Part shown: one piece after another, positions 26,058 through 33,867 of the stretch
Layout: the number at the start of each line of letters is the position of its first letter
How positions within the stretch are numbered: position 1 is the stretch's first letter
DNA from: Chthoniobacterales bacterium
GTDB lineage: Bacteria > Verrucomicrobiota > Verrucomicrobiia > Chthoniobacterales > JACTMZ01
Direction: 5' to 3'
DNA length: 33,867 bases
NCBI GenBank assembly: GCA_039807035.1
Contig: JBDHQL010000002.1
Coordinates: 1-33,867 of the forward strand
Position numbers and translations under genes: made by a program
Notes under the pieces: generated by a model
Told to the model about the DNA's origin: nothing
What the model saw: only the letters and a program-made list of their open reading frames with translations
Databases searched by the model: none

Positions 26058-27146
26058 ATGCTGAGCTTTGATATTTTTTTGCAACCGGAGATTTTTCTCC
26101 TTTGGACATCCTTCCTAAAAACTGCCGTGATCGTTGGCGTTGTTCTCACGATGGTTGCGTATTCGGTGTGGGCGGAGCGCAAGGTTAGCGCCTTCATCCA
26201 AGACCGCGTTGGTCCCAATCGCGTGGGGTGGGCGGGTCTTCTCCAGCCTCTCGTGGATGGCGTAAAACTCGTCCTCAAAGAAAACTTCGTTCCCTCCGGC
26301 GTTAATAAATTCTTCTTCAGCCTCGCTCCCGCGCTTGCCTTTGTTCCGGCTCTCCTTGTCCTCGCCGTTCTGCCTTTTGGCAGTAGCCTTTTCGGCGTTC
26401 CCATGGTCATTGCCAATCTCAACACTGGCATCCTGTGGGTATTTGCAGTCTCCTCCCTCGGCGTTTATGGCATCGTTCTGGCCGGATGGTCGTCCAATTC
26501 GAAATACCCCTTCCTCGGCGGCATCCGCTCTAGCTCGCAAATGATTTCCTACGAAATCGCCCTCGGCCTCTCCGTGATTCCGATTTTTCTCATCACGGGA
26601 ACGTTAAATCTCGGTGAAATTGTGCAATACCAAACCCTCCACGGTTGGATGGTTTTTCCGATGGGAATGTCGGGCTTTAACCTCCAAAGACTTCTGCTTT
26701 GGATTCCCATGCTCATCTCGTTTCTGGTTTTTCTCATCGCCATGTTTGCAGAAACTAATCGTCTTCCCTTTGACCTTCCCGAAGCCGAGCAAGAACTCGT
26801 AGGCGGCTATCACACGGAATATTCATCCATGCGATTTGCCATGTTTTTCCTTGGGGAATATGCCGCCATGATTGCCGGTGCAGGCGTGATTGTGACTCTC
26901 TTTCTTGGCGGATGGAGCCTACCTTTTGTACCCGATGGCGGCCAAGGCTGGTTGTGGGGTGTGGTCAATATCGCGACGTTTTTTGCCAAGGTGGCGGCGA
27001 TCATTTTCTTTTTTCTTTGGATTCGCTGGACACTGCCGCGCTTTCGTTTTGATCAGCTCATGAAACTCGGTTGGTATGTTTTCTTCGAAGTCGCCCTTGC
27101 GAACATCTTCCTTACCGCAGGCATCCTGCTATATTTTCGCTCTTAA
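26058..27146 (+). CDS. nuoH: NADH-quinone oxidoreductase subunit H
   Basis: 362 aa, polytopic. WAERKVSAFIQDRVGPNRVGWAGLLQPLVDGVKL and AETNRLPFDLPEAEQELVGGYHTEYSSMRFAMFFLGEY are NuoH/ND1 signatures. Confidence 0.96.
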   Translation: MLSFDIFLQPEIFLLWTSFLKTAVIVGVVLTMVAYSVWAERKVSAFIQDRVGPNRVGWAGLLQPLVDGVKLVLKENFVPSGVNKFFFSLAPALAFVPALLVLAVLPFGSSLFGVPMVIANLNTGILWVFAVSSLGVYGIVLAGWSSNSKYPFLGGIRSSSQMISYEIALGLSVIPIFLITGTLNLGEIVQYQTLHGWMVFPMGMSGFNLQRLLLWIPMLISFLVFLIAMFAETNRLPFDLPEAEQELVGGYHTEYSSMRFAMFFLGEYAAMIAGAGVIVTLFLGGWSLPFVPDGGQGWLWGVVNIATFFAKVAAIIFFFLWIRWTLPRFRFDQLMKLGWYVFFEVALANIFLTAGILLYFRS

Positions 27147-27148
27147 TC

Positions 27149-27679
27149 ATGGCTCGTCCCGTCCAACGCCCTAAACTCAGCCTGCTCGAACGCTCTTATC
27201 TTCCGGCGATCTTTGGTGGCTTGCTCATCACCATTCGACACTTCAAGGACATGCTTTTCGGGAAGACACGCGTCACCATGGAATACCCCGAGCATACGTG
27301 GAATGACGATCTTCCCGACTGGTATCGCGGGGCGCCGACGCTGGTGAAAGATGAACATGGCCGCGAGCGGTGCGTAGCATGTCAGCTCTGCGAATTCATT
27401 TGCCCGCCTCGCGCCATCACCATTAAACCCGGCGAACTCTCGAAGGACAGCAAATGGGCGAAGGTAGAAAAATTTCCCGAGAAATTTGAAATAGACATGG
27501 CCCGGTGCATTTACTGCGGGTTGTGTCAGGAAGTCTGCCCCGAGCAGGCTATTTTCCTTCGTAAGGACTACTCGATTACCGGCGAGACGCGGGAATCGTT
27601 GGTACATGATAAGAAAAAACTCTACGAACTAGGCGGCGTTATGACGGGTCTGGTTCACAAATGGGACGAAAAAAAGTGA
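27149..27679 (+). CDS. nuoI: NADH-quinone oxidoreductase subunit I (2x[4Fe-4S] ferredoxin-type)
   Basis: ATG 27149 lies 2 nt after the nuoH TAA. Two CxxCxxCxxxCP motifs are present (CVACQLCEFICP, CIYCGLCQEVCP). The ORF-track start at 27071 lies inside nuoH. Confidence 0.95.
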   Translation: MARPVQRPKLSLLERSYLPAIFGGLLITIRHFKDMLFGKTRVTMEYPEHTWNDDLPDWYRGAPTLVKDEHGRERCVACQLCEFICPPRAITIKPGELSKDSKWAKVEKFPEKFEIDMARCIYCGLCQEVCPEQAIFLRKDYSITGETRESLVHDKKKLYELGGVMTGLVHKWDEKK

Positions 27680-27760
27680 TCGAAACCAAGCATCGCATCT
27701 TCTAGCCTTGCGGCTGCAGAAACTGCGGTGCGCCAGGCGCATCACGCACGCAAATAACGA

Positions 27761-28264
27761 ATGTTCACCATCCTGTTCTGGGTTTTGTCCTTGCTCATGC
27801 TCGGCTCCGCCGTGGCCGTCGTGCTGCTTCGTAATCCGGTCAACAGTGCCATGTGTCTCGTGCTTTCCTTCCTCGCGCTCGCCGGCCTCTACATCACGCT
27901 CGACGCCTTTTTTATCGGAATCATTCAAGTGCTCGTCTATGCGGGCGCGGTGATGGTGCTGTTTCTTTTCATCATCATGCTTCTCGACCTCAAAGCCGAA
28001 GTGCGCCGCCGCCTCAATCTCGCGGCGAGCGCGGGAGGCATTGCGGTAATCGGAGGATTTGCACTTCTGCTCGTCCAAGTCGTCAAATCACTTCCCTCCT
28101 CCGCCCATCCGTTTCCTGCTCTTAATCCCGATGCCCCCGGTGATGTTGTGGGGGTCGGAACCACTTTGTTTTCGCATTTTAACCTTCCACTTCAAATCAT
28201 CGGTGTTCTGCTTTTGGTTTCGACCGTTGGGGTCGTTGTCCTAAGCCGCCGCACGCTGCGTTGA
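27761..28264 (+). CDS. nuoJ: NADH-quinone oxidoreductase subunit J
   Basis: 167 aa, ND6-like ([45 protein letters not shown]). Confidence 0.93.
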   Translation: MFTILFWVLSLLMLGSAVAVVLLRNPVNSAMCLVLSFLALAGLYITLDAFFIGIIQVLVYAGAVMVLFLFIIMLLDLKAEVRRRLNLAASAGGIAVIGGFALLLVQVVKSLPSSAHPFPALNPDAPGDVVGVGTTLFSHFNLPLQIIGVLLLVSTVGVVVLSRRTLR

Positions 28265-28266
28265 TT

Positions 28267-28587
28267 ATGCTGACTCTCGGAAATTACCTCATTGTCAGCG
28301 GACTTCTTTTTGCCATCGGCTTAGGCGGTGTACTTTTGCGGCGCAACATCCTCGTGATTTTCATGGGACTGGAACTCATGCTCAATGCCGCCAATCTTTC
28401 GCTCGTTGCCTTCGCGCGGCATGGAGCGACAGCCATTGGACTGCCGGATTACAACGCGCAAGTTTTCGTGTTTTTCATTATCACCGTGGCCGCCGCCGAA
28501 GTTGCTGTCGGCCTCGCCATCATCGTCGCGCTGTATCGTCAGCGACAAACAGCGCATGTCGAAGACCTCAACCAATTGAAATTCTAA
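28267..28587 (+). CDS. nuoK: NADH-quinone oxidoreductase subunit K
   Basis: 3-TM ND4L-like ([34 protein letters not shown]). ATG 28267 is preferred. The TTG at 28261 overlaps the nuoJ stop and is an alternative. Confidence 0.93.
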   Translation: MLTLGNYLIVSGLLFAIGLGGVLLRRNILVIFMGLELMLNAANLSLVAFARHGATAIGLPDYNAQVFVFFIITVAAAEVAVGLAIIVALYRQRQTAHVEDLNQLKF

Positions 28588-28591
28588 CCCC

Positions 28592-30400
28592 ATGGCTCCG
28601 TCGCTTCATCCTTGGATTATCCTCTTCGCCCCGCTGGTGGCGTCGGCAGTGATCCTTTTCTTGCTGCCACGCCGTGGTGTTGCGGCAGGCATTGTTGCCA
28701 TCGGTGCAGCGGCGATTGCTTGCGGACTAAGTTGGCGCCTATTTCTCGCAGGCGGGAGCCCCCCCGTGGCCGCGCTCTCGTGGTTGGAGGTACCCGGACA
28801 ATTTTCCGTTCCCATCACCCTCATTCTCGATCCGCTTGCTCGCGTGATGCTTCTCGTCGTGACCACCATTTCTACGATCGTCTTCATTTATTCTGCCGGC
28901 TACATGCGCGGCGATGAAGGGATTCCCCGTTATTATGCGGCACTGAGCCTGTTCCTTTTTTCCATGCTCGGCATTGTTCTCTCGGGAAACTTCATCATGA
29001 TGTACGTTTTCTGGGAATTAGTCGGCGTGAGCTCCTACATTCTCATTGGCCATTATTTTCGCAAAGACGCAGCGGCAGATGCGGCGAAACAGGCCTTTCT
29101 CGTCAATCGCGTAGGCGACTTCGGCTTCATGCTCGGCATCCTTATGTTTTGGCTGGCGACAGGCTCCATTGCGTTCTCTGGCATTGAGCAAAATCTCGCC
29201 TCCATCACATTGCATCCCGGTTATCTCACGGCGGCCGCGTTGTTAGTATTTTGCGGAACGCTCGGAAAGTCCGCGCAAATGCCCTTGCATGTTTGGTTGC
29301 CGAATTCGATGGAAGGCCCGACGCCTGTGTCTTCCTTGCTCCACGCGGCGACGATGGTGGCGGCAGGTGTTTACATGCTGGCTCGTATTTTTCCTGTCCT
29401 TGCCGCATCACCGGAAGCGGTTCGCGAAGTGATCATGTGGATTGGTGCCATCACGTGCTTTGCAGCGGGATTGATGGCCACGCAGCAGGATGACATCAAA
29501 CGCATCCTCGCTTATTCCACCATTTCGCAGCTTGGATACATGGTGGTGGCCATCGCTGTCGCGCCCGCGAGTGATGTCGCGGTGTTTCATTTGTTTACCC
29601 ATGCTTTCTTTAAGTGCCTTCTCTTCCTCTGCGCCGGTGCGGTGATTATTTCCCTGCATCATGAGCAGGACATTTGGAAAATGGGGGGTCTCCTCAGCCG
29701 CATGCCGCTCACCGCACTCTGCCTCGTCGCGGGCACACTGGCTCTCGTGGGAATGCCGGGCTTTAGCGGCTATTACAGCAAAGACTTAATTGTCGCCTAC
29801 GCTCACGAAGGCAACACGGCGGTGTTTTGGATTACGGTCGGCGCTGCACTGCTGACCTCGTTTTACATGTTCCGGCTTTTTTTTGTCGCCTTCATGGGGC
29901 GTCCGCGCTCGGAAGCTGCAGAACATGCGCGTCAAGCACCGACGATCATGACGCTCCCGCTCTTAATTTTGGCCATTCCTTCAATTGCGGCAGGTTATCC
30001 GGCAGTCGCGCATCATTTTTTTAATATCCCGCATCACGAAATGTCCCACATTGTGCATTATGCGTTGCTGAGTGCATTGGGTGCAGGGTTTTTGCTCGCG
30101 GCGGCACTTTACCTGCGTGGGCCGACGAAAGACCCCGTGCGAATCCCGCTTTTTGCCAACCGCCTTTACATTGATAATTTCTACGCATGGCTTGTGACAT
30201 GTGTGCAAGGCGGTCTGGCGATCATTGGATCATGGTTTGATCGCTGGATTATTGATGGACTTATTGTCACCGGCGTGGCGCGGACGGTTTGGGCGACGGG
30301 CTACATTCTACGCCTCCTGCAACTCGGCAATCTTCAAGCCTACGCCTTCTTTTTCGGCGCGGGTGTATTGGCCGTACTTTATTTTCTGATTTTCCGATGA
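28592..30400 (+). CDS. nuoL: NADH-quinone oxidoreductase subunit L
   Basis: 602 aa, ND5-type antiporter-like subunit (WELVGVSSYILIGHYF, GKSAQMPLHVWLPNSMEGPTPVSSLLHAATMVAAGVY). Confidence 0.96.
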   Translation: MAPSLHPWIILFAPLVASAVILFLLPRRGVAAGIVAIGAAAIACGLSWRLFLAGGSPPVAALSWLEVPGQFSVPITLILDPLARVMLLVVTTISTIVFIYSAGYMRGDEGIPRYYAALSLFLFSMLGIVLSGNFIMMYVFWELVGVSSYILIGHYFRKDAAADAAKQAFLVNRVGDFGFMLGILMFWLATGSIAFSGIEQNLASITLHPGYLTAAALLVFCGTLGKSAQMPLHVWLPNSMEGPTPVSSLLHAATMVAAGVYMLARIFPVLAASPEAVREVIMWIGAITCFAAGLMATQQDDIKRILAYSTISQLGYMVVAIAVAPASDVAVFHLFTHAFFKCLLFLCAGAVIISLHHEQDIWKMGGLLSRMPLTALCLVAGTLALVGMPGFSGYYSKDLIVAYAHEGNTAVFWITVGAALLTSFYMFRLFFVAFMGRPRSEAAEHARQAPTIMTLPLLILAIPSIAAGYPAVAHHFFNIPHHEMSHIVHYALLSALGAGFLLAAALYLRGPTKDPVRIPLFANRLYIDNFYAWLVTCVQGGLAIIGSWFDRWIIDGLIVTGVARTVWATGYILRLLQLGNLQAYAFFFGAGVLAVLYFLIFR

Positions 30401-31869
30401 TGAGTCCGCTTCTTTCCCTCATCCTTATTCCGCTGGTCACCGCTGCCTTTTGTATGGCGGGGTCGGCGCCACGGCGGATTTCTATTTTTGGCGCAGCGGC
30501 AAATTTACTTTTGACGCTTCATCTCATGGGGTCTTACAGCCTCGAAGTTGGTGGGTTTCAATTTGTGGGCGGACGCCTTCTTATGGCCTCGCACGGTCTC
30601 GCATTTTCGCTGGGGGCGGACGGGTTAAGCATGGTGATGTTGTTGCTCACGACGCTGGTGACATTGGCCGCTGTTTGGGTGGCACCGGATATCAAGCGTC
30701 ATGCAGGCATGTTTTATGCGTGCCTGCTTTTCATTTCTGCCGGTGCCATCGGCGCATTTGTCTCGCTGGATTTGTTTTTCTTTTACGCCTTTCACGAACT
30801 GGCACTTATTCCCACCTTCCTGCTCATCGGCATCTGGGGCTCGGGAGAACGTCAGCGGATTGCGTGGAAAGTGACGCTTTATTTAGCGACGGGCAGCTTC
30901 GTACTGTTACTCGGGCTTATTGGGATTTGGCTGGCTGTACCTGCCGGCTTTCACACACTCGATATACGGGTGCTTCAACAACTGGGTTATGCCGGCCTCC
31001 TCACTCCCGGTCCCATCGTTTACCTGCTTGTGTTATTTGGATTCGGAAGCCTCATCGCCCTTTTTCCATTTCACTCCTGGGCACCGGAAGCCTATGCCTC
31101 GGCTCCTGCGCCCGCTGCCATGCTCCATTCCGGCGTATTGAAAAAATTTGGGCTCTACGGGCTCCTTCGACTCGCGGTCCCTATTTTCCCTGCGGAAATT
31201 CAGCAATTTGCTAATTTGCTGCTGCTCTTATTACTCGGAAACATCATCTACATTGGCTTTGTGACCATCGCGCAGAAACGCCTCGACCTTATGCTGGGTT
31301 ACTCCAGCGTCATGCACATGGGCTATGCGTTTCTTGGGTTTGTAGCACTTAACCAAATCGGATTGGCGGGAATGTCGCTGATGATTTTTGCACATGGGCT
31401 CACCATTGCGGCACTCTTTGCGCTCTGCGGAGAAATTGAACGTCGCGTAGGAACCTTGGAGTTCTCTCAGCTAGGCGGCATGGCTGGCGTTGCCCCAAAA
31501 CTCGGCCTTCTTTTCGGATTTGCGGCCTTTGCATCCTTTGGACTTCCGGGGTTTATCAACTTCCCTGCGGAAGTTCTCATTTTCTTCGGTGCCTTCGCAC
31601 GCGGAGTTTCCGGGGGCTTTAATGCCTACCAAATCACCACGGCTTTTGCACTTTGGGGCGTCGTCATTTCTGCCATCTACATGCTGCGTGCTTACCGTCG
31701 CATTTTCTGGGGTACTCGCGGTGCCGTCGTGACCGAGGCGATTGCGGATGTTTCACCCGCAGTTCGTTGGTCGGTCATCCTTCTTCTCGCGGGGCTACTG
31801 ATCACGGGATTTCGTCCGAGTCTGTTGCTCGATTACATCAACCCTGTCTTTGATTTGCTTGTGCCATGA
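30397..31869 (+). CDS. nuoM: NADH-quinone oxidoreductase subunit M
   Basis: ATG 30397 overlaps the nuoL stop (ATGA). ND4-type (FHELALIPTFLLIGIWGS, HSWAPEAYASAPAPAAMLHSGVLKKFGLYG). The ORF-track start at 30289 lies inside nuoL. Confidence 0.95.
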   Translation: MMSPLLSLILIPLVTAAFCMAGSAPRRISIFGAAANLLLTLHLMGSYSLEVGGFQFVGGRLLMASHGLAFSLGADGLSMVMLLLTTLVTLAAVWVAPDIKRHAGMFYACLLFISAGAIGAFVSLDLFFFYAFHELALIPTFLLIGIWGSGERQRIAWKVTLYLATGSFVLLLGLIGIWLAVPAGFHTLDIRVLQQLGYAGLLTPGPIVYLLVLFGFGSLIALFPFHSWAPEAYASAPAPAAMLHSGVLKKFGLYGLLRLAVPIFPAEIQQFANLLLLLLLGNIIYIGFVTIAQKRLDLMLGYSSVMHMGYAFLGFVALNQIGLAGMSLMIFAHGLTIAALFALCGEIERRVGTLEFSQLGGMAGVAPKLGLLFGFAAFASFGLPGFINFPAEVLIFFGAFARGVSGGFNAYQITTAFALWGVVISAIYMLRAYRRIFWGTRGAVVTEAIADVSPAVRWSVILLLAGLLITGFRPSLLLDYINPVFDLLVP

Positions 31870-33317
31870 ATCCGCTTTATCTCGAAGTTGCGGTTGTTGT
31901 TTTAGGCTTGCTGTTGCTCGTCGCGGAATCCTTTGCCGGCCCCGGACGCAAAAGCGGCATTGCACATCCTGCCATCACGGGTCTCATCCTTATTTTCATC
32001 GCCACATTTTGGGTGAACCCCGCAGCACTCGACGCCTCGGCACCTTATGCGCGATTTTATAGTGCAGATTCCTTAGCGATATTTTTCAAACAAATCGCCC
32101 TGCTCACAACCATCGTGGTGTTAATCATGGCGCAGGAATTCGCGCCCGTCGTGGAAGCCAATCTTCCTTCTTCTCGGCGCGGTGCGGGACTCGGGGAATT
32201 TTATGCTCTTCCTGTTTTTACTTGCGCCGGCCTTATGTGGATGGCCTCCGCCATAGATTTTGTACTCATCTTCGTTTCCCTCGAATTAGTGACCATCAGC
32301 TTTTACATCCTCGTTTCGTATCTGCGCCATGATTGCCTCAGCCTCGAAGCCGGCGTGAAATTTCTCGTGCTTGGTGCCCTTTCCACAGGGTTTCTCGTTT
32401 ATGGCATCACGTGGATTTACGGCGTCACGGGGCAAACAAATCTCAACGCCATTGCCACCGTCATTCCGGCACTCAAAGTTGCCGCCGCCCCCGCTTTGCT
32501 CTTCGGCCTCGGTCTCGTTTTAGTGTCTCTCGGCTTTAAAGTTGCCGCCGTTCCATTTCAATTCTGGATTCCCGACGTTTATCAGGGTGCGCCAACTCCC
32601 ATCACCGCCTTCCTTTCCGTTGCGTCAAAAGCTGCGGGCTTCGTCGTTCTCCTGCGCGTTCTTCAAACATTCGTTGTCGTTCCGTATTTGCAGGAAAAAA
32701 TCCTTCCGCTCATGGCACTGCTGGCCGGTGTTACCATGGTCTTCGGCAATCTTGCAGCCATCCCACAATCCAACCTCAAACGCCTCCTTGCCTATTCCAG
32801 CGTGGCTCACGCCGGTTATCTTTTGCTTGGCGTCGCCTCCCTTGGCGCACCTTTTGCAGGCCCCGCCATCCTTTTTTACCTTGGCGCCTATCTTCTCATG
32901 ACCCTCCTCGCCTTCCTCGTAATGACCATCGTGGCGAAAACCGTCGGCGGGGATGACATAGCAGATTTCAATGGCCTCAATCAACGTGCCCCCCAACTTG
33001 CCTTCGCTATGTTGCTTGCCATGGCCTCACTCGCAGGTGTACCGCTCACAGTCGGCTTTCTCGGAAAGCTCTTCATTTTTGAAGCCGCCTACCAACAAGG
33101 ACATTTCGTTCTTATCGCGATTGGTATCGTCACCGTTGCCGCAGGATTTTATTACTACCTCAAGGTTGTCCGAGCTATGTATTGGCAACAAGCAGCAGAC
33201 CCCGATGCACCGGGAATTCCTGTCGGAATCGCCGCCCGTATAACCATCGCCATTCTCTGCGCCCTCATCATTTGGCTCGGTATTTACCCTGCTCCGCTTC
33301 TCTCGCTGATCCGCTAA
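31866..33317 (+). CDS. nuoN: NADH-quinone oxidoreductase subunit N
   Basis: 483 aa, ND2-type (FQFWIPDVYQGAPTPITAFLSVASKAAGF, LLAYSSVAHAGYLLLG). Its ATG overlaps the nuoM stop (ATGA). Confidence 0.95.
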   Translation: MNPLYLEVAVVVLGLLLLVAESFAGPGRKSGIAHPAITGLILIFIATFWVNPAALDASAPYARFYSADSLAIFFKQIALLTTIVVLIMAQEFAPVVEANLPSSRRGAGLGEFYALPVFTCAGLMWMASAIDFVLIFVSLELVTISFYILVSYLRHDCLSLEAGVKFLVLGALSTGFLVYGITWIYGVTGQTNLNAIATVIPALKVAAAPALLFGLGLVLVSLGFKVAAVPFQFWIPDVYQGAPTPITAFLSVASKAAGFVVLLRVLQTFVVVPYLQEKILPLMALLAGVTMVFGNLAAIPQSNLKRLLAYSSVAHAGYLLLGVASLGAPFAGPAILFYLGAYLLMTLLAFLVMTIVAKTVGGDDIADFNGLNQRAPQLAFAMLLAMASLAGVPLTVGFLGKLFIFEAAYQQGHFVLIAIGIVTVAAGFYYYLKVVRAMYWQQAADPDAPGIPVGIAARITIAILCALIIWLGIYPAPLLSLIR

Positions 33318-33371
33318 AATGTTGCTTCCTTTCGCACCTTCCTTCGGATTCGGAAAATTATTGTATTATTA

Positions 33372-33391
33372 ATATAATGATGTCATTATAT
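33372..33391. promoter_or_regulatory. 20-bp near-perfect AT-rich palindrome (9-2-9), a candidate operator abutting the HTH gene start
   Basis: ATATAATGA-TG-TCATTATAT; only the central pair is non-complementary. It ends 4 nt before ATG 33396 and contains a perfect TATAAT (33373-78). The half-sites ATAATGA/TCATTAT equal those of the Fur-box consensus, but the spacer is one nt shorter. Confidence 0.4.
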
Positions 33392-33395
33392 CCCT

Positions 33396-33698
33396 ATGCC
33401 GAAACCCCTCATGCCAAAGTTTCTCGCAGAGGTTCAAACTTTCTGTAAGGCCAAACGCGGGCGCGTCAGTGAGCTGGCGCAATACCTTGGCGTGGCTCAG
33501 CCGCATGTTTCCGCATGGCTTACCGGACGCCAGGAGCCATCGGGCGAAAACACATTGCAAATGCAAAAATGGATGGCACAAACAAGTTCACCCGCCAAGC
33601 ACCCGACATCACCATCGCGTAAACGCCAAACACCACACCACACCGCGACGTCGCCCCAATATCACCAACCGGAAGAAACTCCTGTTTGGCTTCTATGA
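33396..33698 (+). CDS. Small helix-turn-helix DNA-binding protein (Cro/XRE-like) with a Pro/Ser/His-rich disordered tail
   Basis: GRVSELAQYLGVAQPHVSAWLTGRQEPS is a canonical HTH (helix, GV turn, recognition helix). About 60 structured residues are followed by a low-complexity tail. An alternative ATG at 33411 is possible. Confidence 0.6.
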   Translation: MPKPLMPKFLAEVQTFCKAKRGRVSELAQYLGVAQPHVSAWLTGRQEPSGENTLQMQKWMAQTSSPAKHPTSPSRKRQTPHHTATSPQYHQPEETPVWLL

Positions 33699-33717
33699 CC
33701 GCTCGGTTGGCGGCAAA

Positions 33718-33867
33718 TCAACCGTAGCTTTTGGTAAATTTCTTTTTGTCCGCGGCGTCTTCCGGCTCCGCTTTCTTTTCCTCAACTGGCACCGTTGCGG
33801 CGGATTCCACGGAAGAAGCCTCAGAGGGTACAGCCTTATCCGCTTCCACAAAAGCCATCTGAAGATC
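33718..33867 (-). CDS. Possible 3' end of a minus-strand CDS running off the window (acidic/Lys-rich tail)
   Basis: The minus-strand frame is open from the window edge to TGA at 33718-33720 (...AFVEADKAVPSEASSVESAATVPVEEKKAEPEDAADKKKFTKSYG*). Only 49 codons are visible, with no motif. Confidence 0.2.
   Translation of the reverse strand, partial: DLQMAFVEADKAVPSEASSVESAATVPVEEKKAEPEDAADKKKFTKSYG

Noticed and set aside
25759-26431. Minus-strand ORFs of 70 and 156 aa spanning the nuoH upstream spacer and the nuoH 5' end
   Set aside because: One is generated by the hairpin repeats and the other is antisense to nuoH. Both are Arg/Thr/Pro-rich, with no start context or motif.
30450-31214. 254-aa plus-strand ORF in an alternative frame
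   Set aside because: It is out of frame within nuoM. The Cys/Arg/Gly-rich sequence is non-protein-like, whereas the nuoM frame has clear ND4 signatures.
1-33867. CRISPR arrays, tandem repeat arrays, rRNA, tmRNA, RNase P, SRP or 6S RNAs, prophage or defence-island gene content
   Set aside because: I looked for regularly spaced direct repeats and for the conserved cores of these RNAs in all spacers and found none. All large ORFs are accounted for by housekeeping families.

Overview
Mostly housekeeping chromosomal window from a Gram-negative bacterium. The protein sequences suggest PVC/Verrucomicrobia, but I cannot verify that here.

Gene order:
- acs (5'-truncated by the window edge) >
- < mnmG < cdd
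- pdhA > pdhB > pdhC >
- two decayed transposase fragments (ISL3-type and IS5-type) fused head to head
- small membrane protein (anti-sigma-like) > tRNA-Ser(CGA) >
- < RND permease < RND adaptor
- fabI > GlcD-family FAD oxidase >
- < secreted hypothetical
- secA > valS (1-nt overlap)
- Cache/5xPAS/GGDEF sensor >
- nuoH-I-J-K-L-M-N >
- small HTH protein >
- < possible partial ORF at the window edge

Several ORF-track starts were moved to internal starts that fit family N-termini: cdd, fabI, secA, valS, nuoI, nuoK, nuoM, the secreted hypothetical and the anti-sigma-like ORF.

I see no CRISPR array, rRNA, intact mobile element, or recognisable defence, toxin or biosynthetic gene cluster. I cannot honestly point to a multi-gene novel system. 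The unexplained signals are non-coding:
1. A perfect 14-bp palindrome, GTTCCACGTGGAAC, occurs three times in and just upstream of mnmG and nowhere else in the window.
2. A ~129-nt multi-segment hairpin lies between the GGDEF gene and nuoH.
3. Fur-box-like AT-rich sequences flank the nuoH-N operon. One is a 20-bp near-perfect palindrome abutting the start of the small HTH gene.
4. An IS-debris junction begins one nucleotide after the pdhC stop codon.
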